A stretch of 64,000 bases of DNA from Christensenella sp. (GTDB taxonomy: Bacteria > Bacillota > Clostridia > Christensenellales > CAG-138). Location: contig JAYFQU010000009.1 in assembly GCA_034926785.1 (NCBI GenBank), positions 118 to 64,117 on the forward strand, written 5' to 3'. This document shows, piece after piece, positions 36,817 through 45,979 of the stretch (its first letter is position 1; each line of letters opens with the position of its first letter). The notes beneath the pieces were generated by a model. That model was given only the letters and a program-made list of their open reading frames with translations, searched no databases and was not told where the DNA came from. The position numbers were made by a program, and so were the translations under genes.

Positions 36817-37617
36817 ATGAGCAGAAGAAGAACCGTTCGCATTACACCACTCGGATATATTGTGCTGAGCATCATCATTTTGGTGATGCTGGTTGGAATT
36901 TACTTCATCATTTGGTCGATGCGCGGCACCAGCGGCGAACAGCCCGAAGGCAACCTGAACAGCGCTTCCGTACAGTTGACGCCGACGCCGCCGCTCGTTC
37001 CAACAAACGCGCCGACGCAGGCGCCGACAGCGGCGCCAACGGCGCAGCCGACCAATACGCCCCCGCAGACGCCAACGATGACGCCCAAGCAGGACGACAC
37101 GCCCGAACCGGCGGTGAAGACGCCGAGCGCCGCGCAGGTTTCCGCTGCTGTGGATGGAACGCTCAACGCCAGCGGTGTTGCCCTCCGCGGCGGCCCGGCA
37201 AAGACATATGCGCTACTTGGAACCTATTCAGCCGGCACGCAGCTGAAGGTCTACGAAGTTTCGGGCGACTATTTCTTTGTGAAGATCGTCAAAGAGAATA
37301 AGTATGGCTATATCGCGACGAAGTTCGTCGACAAGGCGGGACTGCTGCCCGGTGAAAACGCAACGCCCACCCCGAAATCGATCGCAGGGACCATTCCCGG
37401 AACAGTTTCCGCGAGCGCGGTGGCGCTGCGTACCATGCCTACCACGGAGGGCAACACACCCATTGGCGAGGCAAAGAAGGGCGACTCCGTACTGATCTTT
37501 TTCAAGACGGGAGATTTTTACTATATTCAAGTGGCCGCCTCCGGTGTAAAGTGCTATGCCGCGGCAAAGTTTATCACCGCAAGTACGGCGGTTCCCACGG
37601 GGACGCCGGTACCCTAA
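36817..37617 (+). CDS. Membrane-anchored protein with two SH3b-like domains
   Basis: N-terminal TM helix (LGYIVLSIIILVMLVGIYFIIW), a P/T/A-rich linker, then two SH3_3-like segments (ALRGGPAKTYALLGTYSAGTQLKVYEVSGDYFFV and ALRTMPTTEGNTPIGEAKKGDSVLIFFKTGDFYYI). Confidence 0.65.
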   Translation: MSRRRTVRITPLGYIVLSIIILVMLVGIYFIIWSMRGTSGEQPEGNLNSASVQLTPTPPLVPTNAPTQAPTAAPTAQPTNTPPQTPTMTPKQDDTPEPAVKTPSAAQVSAAVDGTLNASGVALRGGPAKTYALLGTYSAGTQLKVYEVSGDYFFVKIVKENKYGYIATKFVDKAGLLPGENATPTPKSIAGTIPGTVSASAVALRTMPTTEGNTPIGEAKKGDSVLIFFKTGDFYYIQVAASGVKCYAAAKFITASTAVPTGTPVP

Positions 37618-37637
37618 ACCAACCCAATCCAAATGAC

Positions 37638-37684
37638 AATCACCCCACGCATGATCTGCATGATCTGCGGCGGGGTGATTTTTC
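37638..37684 (+). terminator. Probable intrinsic terminator
   Basis: aatcacccc / ggggtgatt stem with a long loop, followed by tttt. Confidence 0.5.
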
Positions 37685-37736
37685 TGATTCGGACTTTATT
37701 GGGCGCGTGAAATGAGGAAGGTGCTTTGATCTTGAT

Positions 37737-39245
37737 CTATTGTGGCTGCGGCGCGTCCCTGCAGACGAGCACGCCGAGCAGCACAAATAGCAGAGGCGTG
37801 CTTGCCGGCTGGGCAATGTTTACCGTTGCCTGCGCGGCATAGGCAATGACGGCGATGCTAACCCCGCGGAACAACGGTTTGGATACGCCCTTTTTTAGCC
37901 CCGTGCGAATGGCGAAAACGAGCGCGGCAAGATAGCTCAACAAGCCCAGAATACCGTTGGTGACCAGATATTGCAGATATTCGTTATGCGCCGTGTCCAA
38001 TGCGGCATCGGAGAAGATCGGCTTGATCGCATCCGCATGAAACAGCGCGCCCGAGCTGGCGCCAAAGAACTTCTGCAGGGGCGAAAGAGAGCCGAAGAAA
38101 CGGAGCACAAAGGCCCAGATCTGCCCCCGGTCGGTGCCCCAGCCCGCGTCAAAACGCAGATAGCGCGCGAAAGTGCCGAGCGGGGCATGGGCAAACGCCG
38201 TATTGAGCAGCACAAGCGCAAGAACCCCAAGAGCAGCCGCGCTGACGAGAACAATCCAATATGGCCGCCTGAGACGCAGGAGCCGATCCTGCCCCACGCG
38301 GCGAAGCAACAGCCAGAACGCAAACATCAGCGCGGCCACCGGAAGGGAGAGACCCGCGCGACTGGCCGCCACGGTGAAGAAGGAGAGGTACGTCTTGGAG
38401 GGCAAAAAGCCGGAGAGCAAGCCAAATACAAACGCCGCGAGGAAGAAGACGCCCCAGCCGAGCGCAAGCCGGCGCATGGCTGAACGATCGCGAAACAACA
38501 CGAGCGGAAACACAATTGCGGCGGCCAGCAGGCCAAGCGCAGTGCTGTCGCTCCCCGCGACCAGAGCGCCAAAGGTGACGCAGACCAGCGAGGCGGCGCT
38601 CAGCGCGAGATGGCATTTACCATCTGCCTGTAAAAAGGCGTTGAGCGCGAGAGGAAACGCCAGAACCAGATAACTGCCGTAAAAGTCCGCGTTTCCAAGC
38701 GTGGAGAGAAAACGGCCCTGATCTGCCTTGCGCAGATTGTGATAAAAGCCGAAGGGGTCGATGCCGAAGTGGTTGATGAGTCCCAATATGCTTGCGAGCG
38801 AGGCGGCGACCAGGAATAACCGGAGGGGCCAGCGCAAATCGATCTCCCGCCGGGAAAGGACAAGAACGATCATGGCGTAGGCAGAGAGCGTGAGGAGCCC
38901 CTGATATCGGTTATTCTGGCCCCAGAAGACATCGCCCGGATACGTACTCAAGAGCGCACCGACAACGCCGAACACAAAGAGCGCGCAGAGTAAGACCGCC
39001 GCCGGGTGCAGGGGCAGGCGCGGCGCAGGGACGCCGTAGTCCGGTGGAAACGCAATACGCGCAAAGAGAAGCAAAAGCAGATAGCTTCCGCTGGCGATCA
39101 GAAAGAGCGCTTGCTTGGTTTCGGTGATATTGAAATAGAGATTGCTGAAGACCAGCGGGACACCGAGAAATACCGTGCAAAGGTAGAGCGTGGTCAGGGC
39201 GCTTGCCGCGCACAGAAATCTTCTTTGGTTGCTGGTTGGTTTCAT
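37737..39245 (-). CDS. O-antigen ligase-like (Wzy_C domain) polytopic membrane protein
   Basis: 502 aa with more than 10 TM helices. The conserved TAHNEYLQYLVTNGILGL segment is typical of O-antigen ligase/polymerase family proteins. Confidence 0.7.
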   Translation of the reverse strand: MKPTSNQRRFLCAASALTTLYLCTVFLGVPLVFSNLYFNITETKQALFLIASGSYLLLLLFARIAFPPDYGVPAPRLPLHPAAVLLCALFVFGVVGALLSTYPGDVFWGQNNRYQGLLTLSAYAMIVLVLSRREIDLRWPLRLFLVAASLASILGLINHFGIDPFGFYHNLRKADQGRFLSTLGNADFYGSYLVLAFPLALNAFLQADGKCHLALSAASLVCVTFGALVAGSDSTALGLLAAAIVFPLVLFRDRSAMRRLALGWGVFFLAAFVFGLLSGFLPSKTYLSFFTVAASRAGLSLPVAALMFAFWLLLRRVGQDRLLRLRRPYWIVLVSAAALGVLALVLLNTAFAHAPLGTFARYLRFDAGWGTDRGQIWAFVLRFFGSLSPLQKFFGASSGALFHADAIKPIFSDAALDTAHNEYLQYLVTNGILGLLSYLAALVFAIRTGLKKGVSKPLFRGVSIAVIAYAAQATVNIAQPASTPLLFVLLGVLVCRDAPQPQ

Positions 39246-39504
39246 GGATAGATCCTCATTATTCTCTTCGCCTCACTGCGCGCTGATTGCGGTGGATGCT
39301 CTCTTTAATCTTATTCGAATTCCGGACAAAATAGCAAAAATCGGGGGCGCCAAACTGTGAAGATATTTTGAATTTTCCCATTTGTTATCCGTATTTGTTT
39401 GACAACCGACCGAATTCGATGTATCATTCATGCGTACTAACACATATAGTACACTTAGTAAAAGAAAATGACAAGCGAAATCAGATCATTTGGAGGTACT
39501 TCTC

Positions 39505-39675
39505 ATGAAAAAAAGTCTCATTCTTCTGGCGATGGTCGTCTTTAGCGTTTTCTTCTTTACCGCATGCGGTCCGAAGGGCGTTGCGTCCGGCGGCAATGCG
39601 CTTGCAACCTATGGAAATGGCATGGTTTCCGGCGGCAACGTCGCGCCAATCGCCACTGCCGGCAACGCCGGCTGA
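39505..39675 (+). CDS. Small putative lipoprotein (56 aa; mature part G/N/A-rich)
   Basis: Lipobox MKKSLILLAMVVFSVFFFTAC. RBS is GGAGG 8 nt upstream. A stem-loop with a T-tract follows at about 39738-39765. Confidence 0.45.
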   Translation: MKKSLILLAMVVFSVFFFTACGPKGVASGGNALATYGNGMVSGGNVAPIATAGNAG

Positions 39676-39810
39676 CGACCATTTTGGTTTCATGGACGAA
39701 TCAAAACCATGCTCGGGAGGCGTGGTTTCGGAACAAAAAAGCGGCGCGAGCCGTTTTTTTGTTTGCTGAAGTTTTGGTTTATGCGTATGTTATTTTTGTA
39801 GAGGCAGGCT

Positions 39811-40500
39811 CTAGCCGTTTGTCAGGTTTCCGTCGCCCGATATGGGGATTTCGGCTCCGAGGTAGGTAGGCAGCGGCATAAAGAGCGTATAGAAAAAATC
39901 CTTTACCCTTGCAAGAATCTCTCGCGCCTCAAAATATGGCATGCCGGAATAGGTGTGCCGATCGGCGGGAATGCCATAAGCGGTAAGACCCATTCGCTCG
40001 GCAACATAGAGCGCGCGGTAGAGATGATACCGCTGGGTGACGATGATGACGGTCTTGACCTGAAAGATATCCCGCGCGCGATACAGGCTTTCATAGGTGG
40101 AAAACCCCGCGTGATCCATAAATATGTTTTGCGAGGGGACGCCCTGCTCTATGGCATATGTCTTCATGGCGTTGACCTCGTCATATTCATTCTGACCGTG
40201 GTCGCCGCTCATGAGCAGGCGGTCGGAGCCGCCTGCCTCATAGGCGGAGATACCGGTGATAATACGATCTTCCAATATGCCGCTTGGCTTTCCGCTGTCC
40301 CAGACGCGCGCGCCAAGTACGAGAATTGCATCCGCTTTGAAAGGCGCGGCCTCGTCCGGCTCTAGGATGCGCTCCTGCGCCGAAACGCAGACAAAGGCGC
40401 TGATGCCGAGCGGCAGGAGGAGCGCCAGCAGCAGCGCCGCGGCAAACGTAAGCAGCATGCGCTTTTTCCGAGGCGAAAAATTCTTTTGTACATCATTCAT
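39811..40500 (-). CDS. SanA/YdcF (DUF218) family envelope protein
   Basis: N-terminal TM helix, then ADAILVLGARVW...SGDHG...NEYDEVNAMK...IVTQRYHLYRA, which is typical of SanA. Confidence 0.75.
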   Translation of the reverse strand: MNDVQKNFSPRKKRMLLTFAAALLLALLLPLGISAFVCVSAQERILEPDEAAPFKADAILVLGARVWDSGKPSGILEDRIITGISAYEAGGSDRLLMSGDHGQNEYDEVNAMKTYAIEQGVPSQNIFMDHAGFSTYESLYRARDIFQVKTVIIVTQRYHLYRALYVAERMGLTAYGIPADRHTYSGMPYFEAREILARVKDFFYTLFMPLPTYLGAEIPISGDGNLTNG

Positions 40501-40704
40501 GGCGACATGATACGATACGCTTGTGGAACAAATGCGAAGAAACGCGGAAGTTGCTGTTAATCGTTTGCAACCATTCTATGAATGCGGCCTGTCACTCAAC
40601 CGGTCAATCTTGCGTCACGGCAGAATCCGCATTTGTCGTTGACAGAAATTTGTCAGGTTTTCTCTGGTATACTGTCGTTTGAACGGGAATAGGAGGACGC
40701 TGGT

Positions 40705-41574
40705 TTGCACTATGCCGACTATAAAACCATACTTTCCCCGCAGAACGGTATGAACCTCTACCGCGGTTGCACGCATGGCTGCATCTATTGCGACAGCCGG
40801 AGTAAATGCTATCAATTTGACCATGCGTTTGAGGACATTGAGGTTAAGCGTGACGCGGTGAATTTATTAGAGCGGCAACTGCGTAAGAAACGCCAGCCCT
40901 GCATGATCGGCACCGGGTCGATGTGCGATCCCTATATTCCGCTGGAGTCGGAGCTGCAGGTCACGCGGCAGAGCATCGAGGTCATCGAGCGCTACGGATT
41001 CGGCCTCGCGATTTTGACCAAATCCACACGGCTCCTGCGCGACCTCGACCTCCTGAAACAGATCAACCGCCGCACCAAATGCGTGGTGCAGACCACGTTG
41101 ACCACCTATGACGAAGCGCTCTGTAAAAAGATTGAGCCGCATGTCTCCGGCACACGGGAACGCTTTGAGATGCTCCTGACGCTGAAGGAGGCGGGGATTC
41201 CAACCGTGGTTTGGCTCTGCCCGATTCTGCCGTTTATCAATGATACCGAGGAGAACCTGCTTGGGCTATTGGACTACTGCATACAGGCGGGGGTTAAGGG
41301 AATCCTGTGCTTTGGATTTGGCGTAACCCTGCGGGAGGGAGACCGGGAGTTTTTTTACGAGGCGCTGGATCGGGACTTTCCCGGCGTCAAGCAGCGGTAT
41401 ATCAGGACATTTGGCAACGCCTATAGCTGCAACAGCCCGAACAACGATAAACTCATGCAACGCTTTACGAGCATTTGCAGGCAGAACGATATCCTCTGCA
41501 GAACCGACGATGTATTTCGTTATCTTGGTACGTTTGAATCCAAACAAGGGCAGCTTAGGCTCTTTGAGACATAG
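40705..41574 (+). CDS. Radical SAM protein (SPL/DNA-photolyase-like COG1533 group)
   Basis: The CxxxCxxC cluster is YRGCTHGCIYCDSR near the N-terminus. 289 aa with a TTG start. Confidence 0.75.
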   Translation: MHYADYKTILSPQNGMNLYRGCTHGCIYCDSRSKCYQFDHAFEDIEVKRDAVNLLERQLRKKRQPCMIGTGSMCDPYIPLESELQVTRQSIEVIERYGFGLAILTKSTRLLRDLDLLKQINRRTKCVVQTTLTTYDEALCKKIEPHVSGTRERFEMLLTLKEAGIPTVVWLCPILPFINDTEENLLGLLDYCIQAGVKGILCFGFGVTLREGDREFFYEALDRDFPGVKQRYIRTFGNAYSCNSPNNDKLMQRFTSICRQNDILCRTDDVFRYLGTFESKQGQLRLFET

Positions 41575-41687
41575 CGGCGCGCCGACGCGGGGTATCCGGC
41601 GCAAGCGGCTGGAAATAGAAAACCCCATCCGTTGAGAGCGGATGGGGCGACAGCAACAGCCGCTTTTTTCATGAAAAGAATTCTGCG

Positions 41688-42830
41688 TTAGACGTTTTTA
41701 TAAAAATCGTATACGGCGTTGATCACGCGGTCGGTCTGCTCCTTGGTCAGGCCGTAGAACATCGGCAGGCGAAGCAGGCGCTCGCTCTCCTTCGTCGTGT
41801 AGACGTCCGCGCCGTCGAACCGGCCAAACTTCAGCCCCGCGGGTGCGGAGTGAAGCGGGATATAGTGAAACACGGCGCCGACGTTCGCCTTCTCGCTCAG
41901 ATAGCGGATCAGCTCTGTGCGCTCGCGGAGATCCCTTGCCTTGAGGTAATACATGTGGGCGTTCTGCTTGCAGTCGGCGGGAATCGTAGGCCGGATGACC
42001 TGCTCGCGCTGTTCCAGCGCCGCAAATCCCTCGTGATAGCGATTCCAGCTATTCATGCGGTCGTCGTAGATTTTGTCCGCGTGCTCCAACTGCGCGAGCA
42101 GATAGGCGGCGTTCAGCTCGCTGGGCAAAAAGGAGGAGCCAATGTCCGTCCAGGTGTATTTATCCACCTGCCCGCGCAGAAAGCGGGAGCGGTCGGTCCC
42201 CTTTTCGCGGACGATCTCCGCGCGCTCGATATAGGAAGCATCCGAGAAAAGCAGCGCGCCGCCCTCGCCCATGCTGTAGTTCTTGGTTTCATGGAAGCTG
42301 AAGCACCCCATCTGGCCGATGGAGCCGAGCGCGCGGCCCTTGTAGGCGCTCATGACGCCCTGCGCCGCATCCTCCACGACGAGCAGACGATGCCGCCGCG
42401 CGATCTCCAAAATGGCGTCCATCTCGCAGGAAACACCCGCGTAGTGCATCGGAACAATCACGCGCGTCGCGGGGGTAATCGCACGTTCGATCTTCGTTTC
42501 ATCAATATTCATCGTATCCGGCCGGATATCGACAAACACGATCGTCGCCCCCCGCAGCGCAAATGCGTTTGCTGTGGAGGAAAATGTAAACGAGGGCATG
42601 ATGACCTCGTCCCCCGGCCCAACCGCGGAGAGGATCGCCGCCATGTCCAGCGCGGAGGAGCCTGAGGTGGTCAAAAGCGAGCGCTTGACGCCGGTCATCT
42701 CCTCAATTCTCTTATCGCAGGCCTTGGTCATGCAGCCATCGCCGCAGAGTTTGCGCGAGTCAATGACCTGGGAAAGATACGTTTGTTCAATGCCAAGATA
42801 CGGCGGAATATTAAAGGGTACGCGCTCCAC
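41688..42830 (-). CDS. DegT/DnrJ/EryC1/StrS-family aminotransferase (WecE-like dTDP-4-amino-4,6-dideoxy-sugar transaminase)
   Basis: 380 aa. It has TTSGSSALDMAA, VEDAAQG and the lysine region FSFHETKN. GTG start after GAGGTGG. Confidence 0.85.
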   Translation of the reverse strand: MERVPFNIPPYLGIEQTYLSQVIDSRKLCGDGCMTKACDKRIEEMTGVKRSLLTTSGSSALDMAAILSAVGPGDEVIMPSFTFSSTANAFALRGATIVFVDIRPDTMNIDETKIERAITPATRVIVPMHYAGVSCEMDAILEIARRHRLLVVEDAAQGVMSAYKGRALGSIGQMGCFSFHETKNYSMGEGGALLFSDASYIERAEIVREKGTDRSRFLRGQVDKYTWTDIGSSFLPSELNAAYLLAQLEHADKIYDDRMNSWNRYHEGFAALEQREQVIRPTIPADCKQNAHMYYLKARDLRERTELIRYLSEKANVGAVFHYIPLHSAPAGLKFGRFDGADVYTTKESERLLRLPMFYGLTKEQTDRVINAVYDFYKNV

Positions 42831-43109
42831 AAAGCCACCTCGAGAATTAGATTTTTTTCACCGTTTCCGCGCCGTAAAAATGGCGGGAAGCGAGCGTATT
42901 ATATCACACACCCAAAGACCTGGACAAGCGCGCATGCGCTCGCTGAAAAAAGGAATCCAAGTTCACGTTGTGTTAACACCAGATTCACCATACCGTGTTG
43001 ATTTATGATCAGTGTTCGTATATATTGAATAAAGTTGCTACACGCTTGCGCGCTGTTGCGCGCCATCGATCGGAATGGGACGGAGGCGAATTCTTTGGAG
43101 AGTAAAAAG

Positions 43110-43661
43110 ATGGATCGACGCGTGCGGAAGACCCGCATGCAGCTGCGCGCGGGGCTCACCCAGCTTATGCGCGAAAAGCCGATTAAGGACATCACCGTGC
43201 GCGAGCTAGCGCAGTTGGTGGATATCAATCGCTGCACGTTTTATCTGCATTACCGGGATATCTACGATATGGTCGAGCAGGTGGAGCAGGAGGTGTTTGA
43301 AGAGTTTGAGGAGATTGTCCGCGCGCATCCGCCGCAGGAGTTGCAGGACAAGCCGATTTTGCTGATGAACGATCTGTTTGAGTTTTTTTCCGCCAACGCG
43401 GATCTCTGCGCTGCGTTTTTAGGCGGGAATGGCGACATGGCGTTTTTTAACAAACTTATCTCGCTGATTCGCGGCTGCGTGGTGGAGTCCTGGATGCAGG
43501 AGCAGAAAAAGGATCCGGCCCATTTCGATTATTATTTTGCGTTTCTTGCGGCGGGTTTTATCGGCATCATTCGCGAATGGTTTGCGCAAGACATGCGCGA
43601 GAAGCCTTCTGAAATGGCGGAGATGACCGAACACCTGGTTTTGCATGGCTTTGGGCACTGA
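43110..43661 (+). CDS. TetR/AcrR-family transcriptional regulator
   Basis: The N-terminal HTH is RKTRMQLRAGLTQLMREKPIKDITVRELAQLVDINRCTFYLHY. The start was moved to ATG 43110. Confidence 0.75.
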   Translation: MDRRVRKTRMQLRAGLTQLMREKPIKDITVRELAQLVDINRCTFYLHYRDIYDMVEQVEQEVFEEFEEIVRAHPPQELQDKPILLMNDLFEFFSANADLCAAFLGGNGDMAFFNKLISLIRGCVVESWMQEQKKDPAHFDYYFAFLAAGFIGIIREWFAQDMREKPSEMAEMTEHLVLHGFGH

Positions 43662-43750
43662 GCGGCCGGTTTATGTTTGGTTCACAAGGTTGTGATACTC
43701 TGCTCCCTGCCTGATCGGAGAAGAATGAGAAAGTGTAAGTAAAAAACGAG

Positions 43751-45607
43751 ATGAAAGAGCATACGCCATCGAAAAAACCAATTTATTACTATGCCATTCT
43801 CGCGATGATAGCGCTCCTGCTGCTCAACGCGTTTGTGTTTCCCGGGCTGCTCCAAAACGAGGTAAAAGAGGTCGGCTATAACGAATTTTTGAGTATGGTT
43901 GACAACGGAAAGGTCAAGGAGGTTTCGCGCGACGAGGCAACGCAAACCATCGCCTTTACCAGCGAGCAGGCGGGCAAAACCCTGTATTACAAAACGGGCA
44001 TCTGGCCGGACGACACCCTCGTCTCCCGCCTGAATACGGCGGGTATCGAATTCAGCGCAAGCATCCCGACGCAAACTTCGCCGCTGATGACCTTCCTCGT
44101 GAGCTGGATGCTGCCGATCCTGATCTTTGTCGGCCTCGGCCAGTTCCTGATGAAACGCATGCAAAACGGTATGCCCGGCGGTATCGGCAACGCCCTCGCC
44201 TTCGGCAAGGCCAACGCAAAGATCTATGTTGAGGCGCAGACCGGAAAGACCTTTGGCGACGTTGCGGGGCAGGACGAGGCGAAGGAAGCCCTGCTCGAAA
44301 TCGTAGACTTTTTACATAATCCCGACCGTTATGCCCAGATCGGCGCAAAGCTGCCCAAGGGCGCGCTTTTGGTCGGCCCTCCGGGCACGGGCAAAACGCT
44401 GATGGCAAAAGCCGTCGCCGGCGAGGCGAATGTTCCGTTTTTCAGCATCTCCGGTTCGGCGTTTGTGGAGATGTTTGTCGGTATGGGCGCGGCCAAGGTG
44501 CGCGACCTCTTTTCCCAGGCGGAGCAGAAGGCGCCCTGTATCGTGTTTATCGACGAGATCGACACCATCGGCAAAAAACGCGACAGTGGCCTCGGTAGCA
44601 ATGACGAGCGGGAGCAGACCCTGAACCAGCTGCTCACGGAGATGGATGGGTTTGACGCGCGAAAGGGCGTCGTCATCCTCGCCGCGACCAACCGCCCGGA
44701 TTCCCTCGACCCCGCGCTGCTGCGCCCCGGCCGGTTTGACCGGCGCATTCATGTGGAGCTTCCCGACCTCAAGGGCCGCACGGATATCCTCAAGGTGCAC
44801 GCCAGAGGAGTAAAGATTGCGGACAATGTGGATTTTGAGGCGATCGCGCGCGCAACCAGCGGCGCTTCCGGCGCGGATCTTGCCAACATCATCAATGAGG
44901 CCGCCCTCCGGGCCGTACGCATGAAGCGGGACACCGTGGAGCAGGCGGATCTGGAGGAGAGCGTAGAGGTGGTCATCGCGGGATACGCGCGAAAGAACGC
45001 CGTCATCTCACCTAAGGAAAAGCGAATCGTCGCCTACCATGAGATTGGCCATGCGCTGGTCGCCGCCAAACAGACGGAGTCCGCGCCCGTACACAAGATC
45101 ACGATTGTCCCGCGCACGAGCGGCGCGCTGGGGTACACCATGCAGGTGGACGAGAGCGAGCACTACCTCATGACCAAGGAAGAGGCGGAGAACAAGATCG
45201 CAACCCTCACCGGCGGCAGAGCCGCGGAGGAGGTTGTCTTTGGCACGATTACGACGGGCGCGAGCAACGACATCGAGCAGGCGACGCGCATGGCGCGGGC
45301 GATGGTCGTCCGTTATGGTATGAGCGACGCGTTTGGCATGGTCGCGCTGGAATGCCAGAGTAATCCGTATTTAAGCACGGACAGCGCCATGACCTGCTCT
45401 TCGGATACGGCAGCCCGCGTAGACGGGGAGGTGATCGCGATCGTGGAGCGCGCGCATAATCGGGCGCGTCAGATTCTCAGGGACAACGAGCCCGCGCTGC
45501 ATAAGCTCGCGGCGCATCTGCTCGAGCGCGAAACCATCACGGGTGAGGAGTTTATGCAGTTGCTGAAGGATGTTTCCACCGAAGCGCCGGAGCCGCAAAA
45601 CGCATAA
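43751..45607 (+). CDS. ftsH: ATP-dependent zinc metalloprotease FtsH
   Basis: Two TM helices, AAA+ Walker A GPPGTGKT, Walker B IVFIDEID, the SRH region, and the zinc motif HEIGHAL. Confidence 0.92.
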   Translation: MKEHTPSKKPIYYYAILAMIALLLLNAFVFPGLLQNEVKEVGYNEFLSMVDNGKVKEVSRDEATQTIAFTSEQAGKTLYYKTGIWPDDTLVSRLNTAGIEFSASIPTQTSPLMTFLVSWMLPILIFVGLGQFLMKRMQNGMPGGIGNALAFGKANAKIYVEAQTGKTFGDVAGQDEAKEALLEIVDFLHNPDRYAQIGAKLPKGALLVGPPGTGKTLMAKAVAGEANVPFFSISGSAFVEMFVGMGAAKVRDLFSQAEQKAPCIVFIDEIDTIGKKRDSGLGSNDEREQTLNQLLTEMDGFDARKGVVILAATNRPDSLDPALLRPGRFDRRIHVELPDLKGRTDILKVHARGVKIADNVDFEAIARATSGASGADLANIINEAALRAVRMKRDTVEQADLEESVEVVIAGYARKNAVISPKEKRIVAYHEIGHALVAAKQTESAPVHKITIVPRTSGALGYTMQVDESEHYLMTKEEAENKIATLTGGRAAEEVVFGTITTGASNDIEQATRMARAMVVRYGMSDAFGMVALECQSNPYLSTDSAMTCSSDTAARVDGEVIAIVERAHNRARQILRDNEPALHKLAAHLLERETITGEEFMQLLKDVSTEAPEPQNA

Positions 45608-45640
45608 CGATTCCGCTGACAAGGGCGGGGGATCCCCCCG

Positions 45641-45813
45641 CTCAGCCCATCGACAAAGTCCTGCGGACTCTGCCGATGGGTTTTACTTTGGGTAAAAATG
45701 ACGCGAATCGCGCCATTTTTTCACAAATTCGGCGAATGAATCGCCAAATTTGAAGGAACATGGGGGATTTTCGAAATCCCCCAAACCCCCTACTGGGTTT
45801 GTTGATGCTCTGG
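45641..45813 (+). repeat. Intergenic repeat family B, copy 2 (about 173 nt)
   Basis: It starts ctcagcccatcgacaaagtcc directly after the hairpin gcgggggatccccccgc. It ends ...gtttgttgatgctctgg and is followed by a near-duplicate hairpin gcggggaatcccccccgc plus T7. Confidence 0.8.
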
Positions 45814-45881
45814 GCGGGGAATCCCCCCCGCTTTTTTTGCGCGGAAAATTGTGAAAATATTGTAGAAGCCAGCCTTCCTGC

Positions 45882-45910
45882 TTGAAAACAGCGGAAAAGC
45901 GTAGTATTCT
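45882..45910 (+). promoter_or_regulatory. Sigma-A type promoter of htpG
   Basis: TTGAAA, a 17-nt spacer, then TATTCT. The CIRCE element starts 4 nt downstream. Confidence 0.55.
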
Positions 45911-45913
45911 GAA

Positions 45914-45940
45914 TTAGCACTCGTTGATTTTGAGTGCTAA
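45914..45940 (+). promoter_or_regulatory. CIRCE operator (HrcA binding site)
   Basis: TTAGCACTC-gttgatttt-GAGTGCTAA is an exact match to the CIRCE consensus TTAGCACTC-N9-GAGTGCTAA. Confidence 0.88.
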
Positions 45941-45979
45941 CAACAAATGGATTATTCATATACGGAGGCGCAAATCTTC

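Noticed and set aside
45760-45880. Small ORF starting MGDFRN inside repeat family B, preceded by GAAGGAAC. The counterpart in copy 1 is near 8315.
   Set aside because: The two copies share only the first six codons and then diverge in sequence and length. The conservation is at the nucleotide or structure level, not the protein level.
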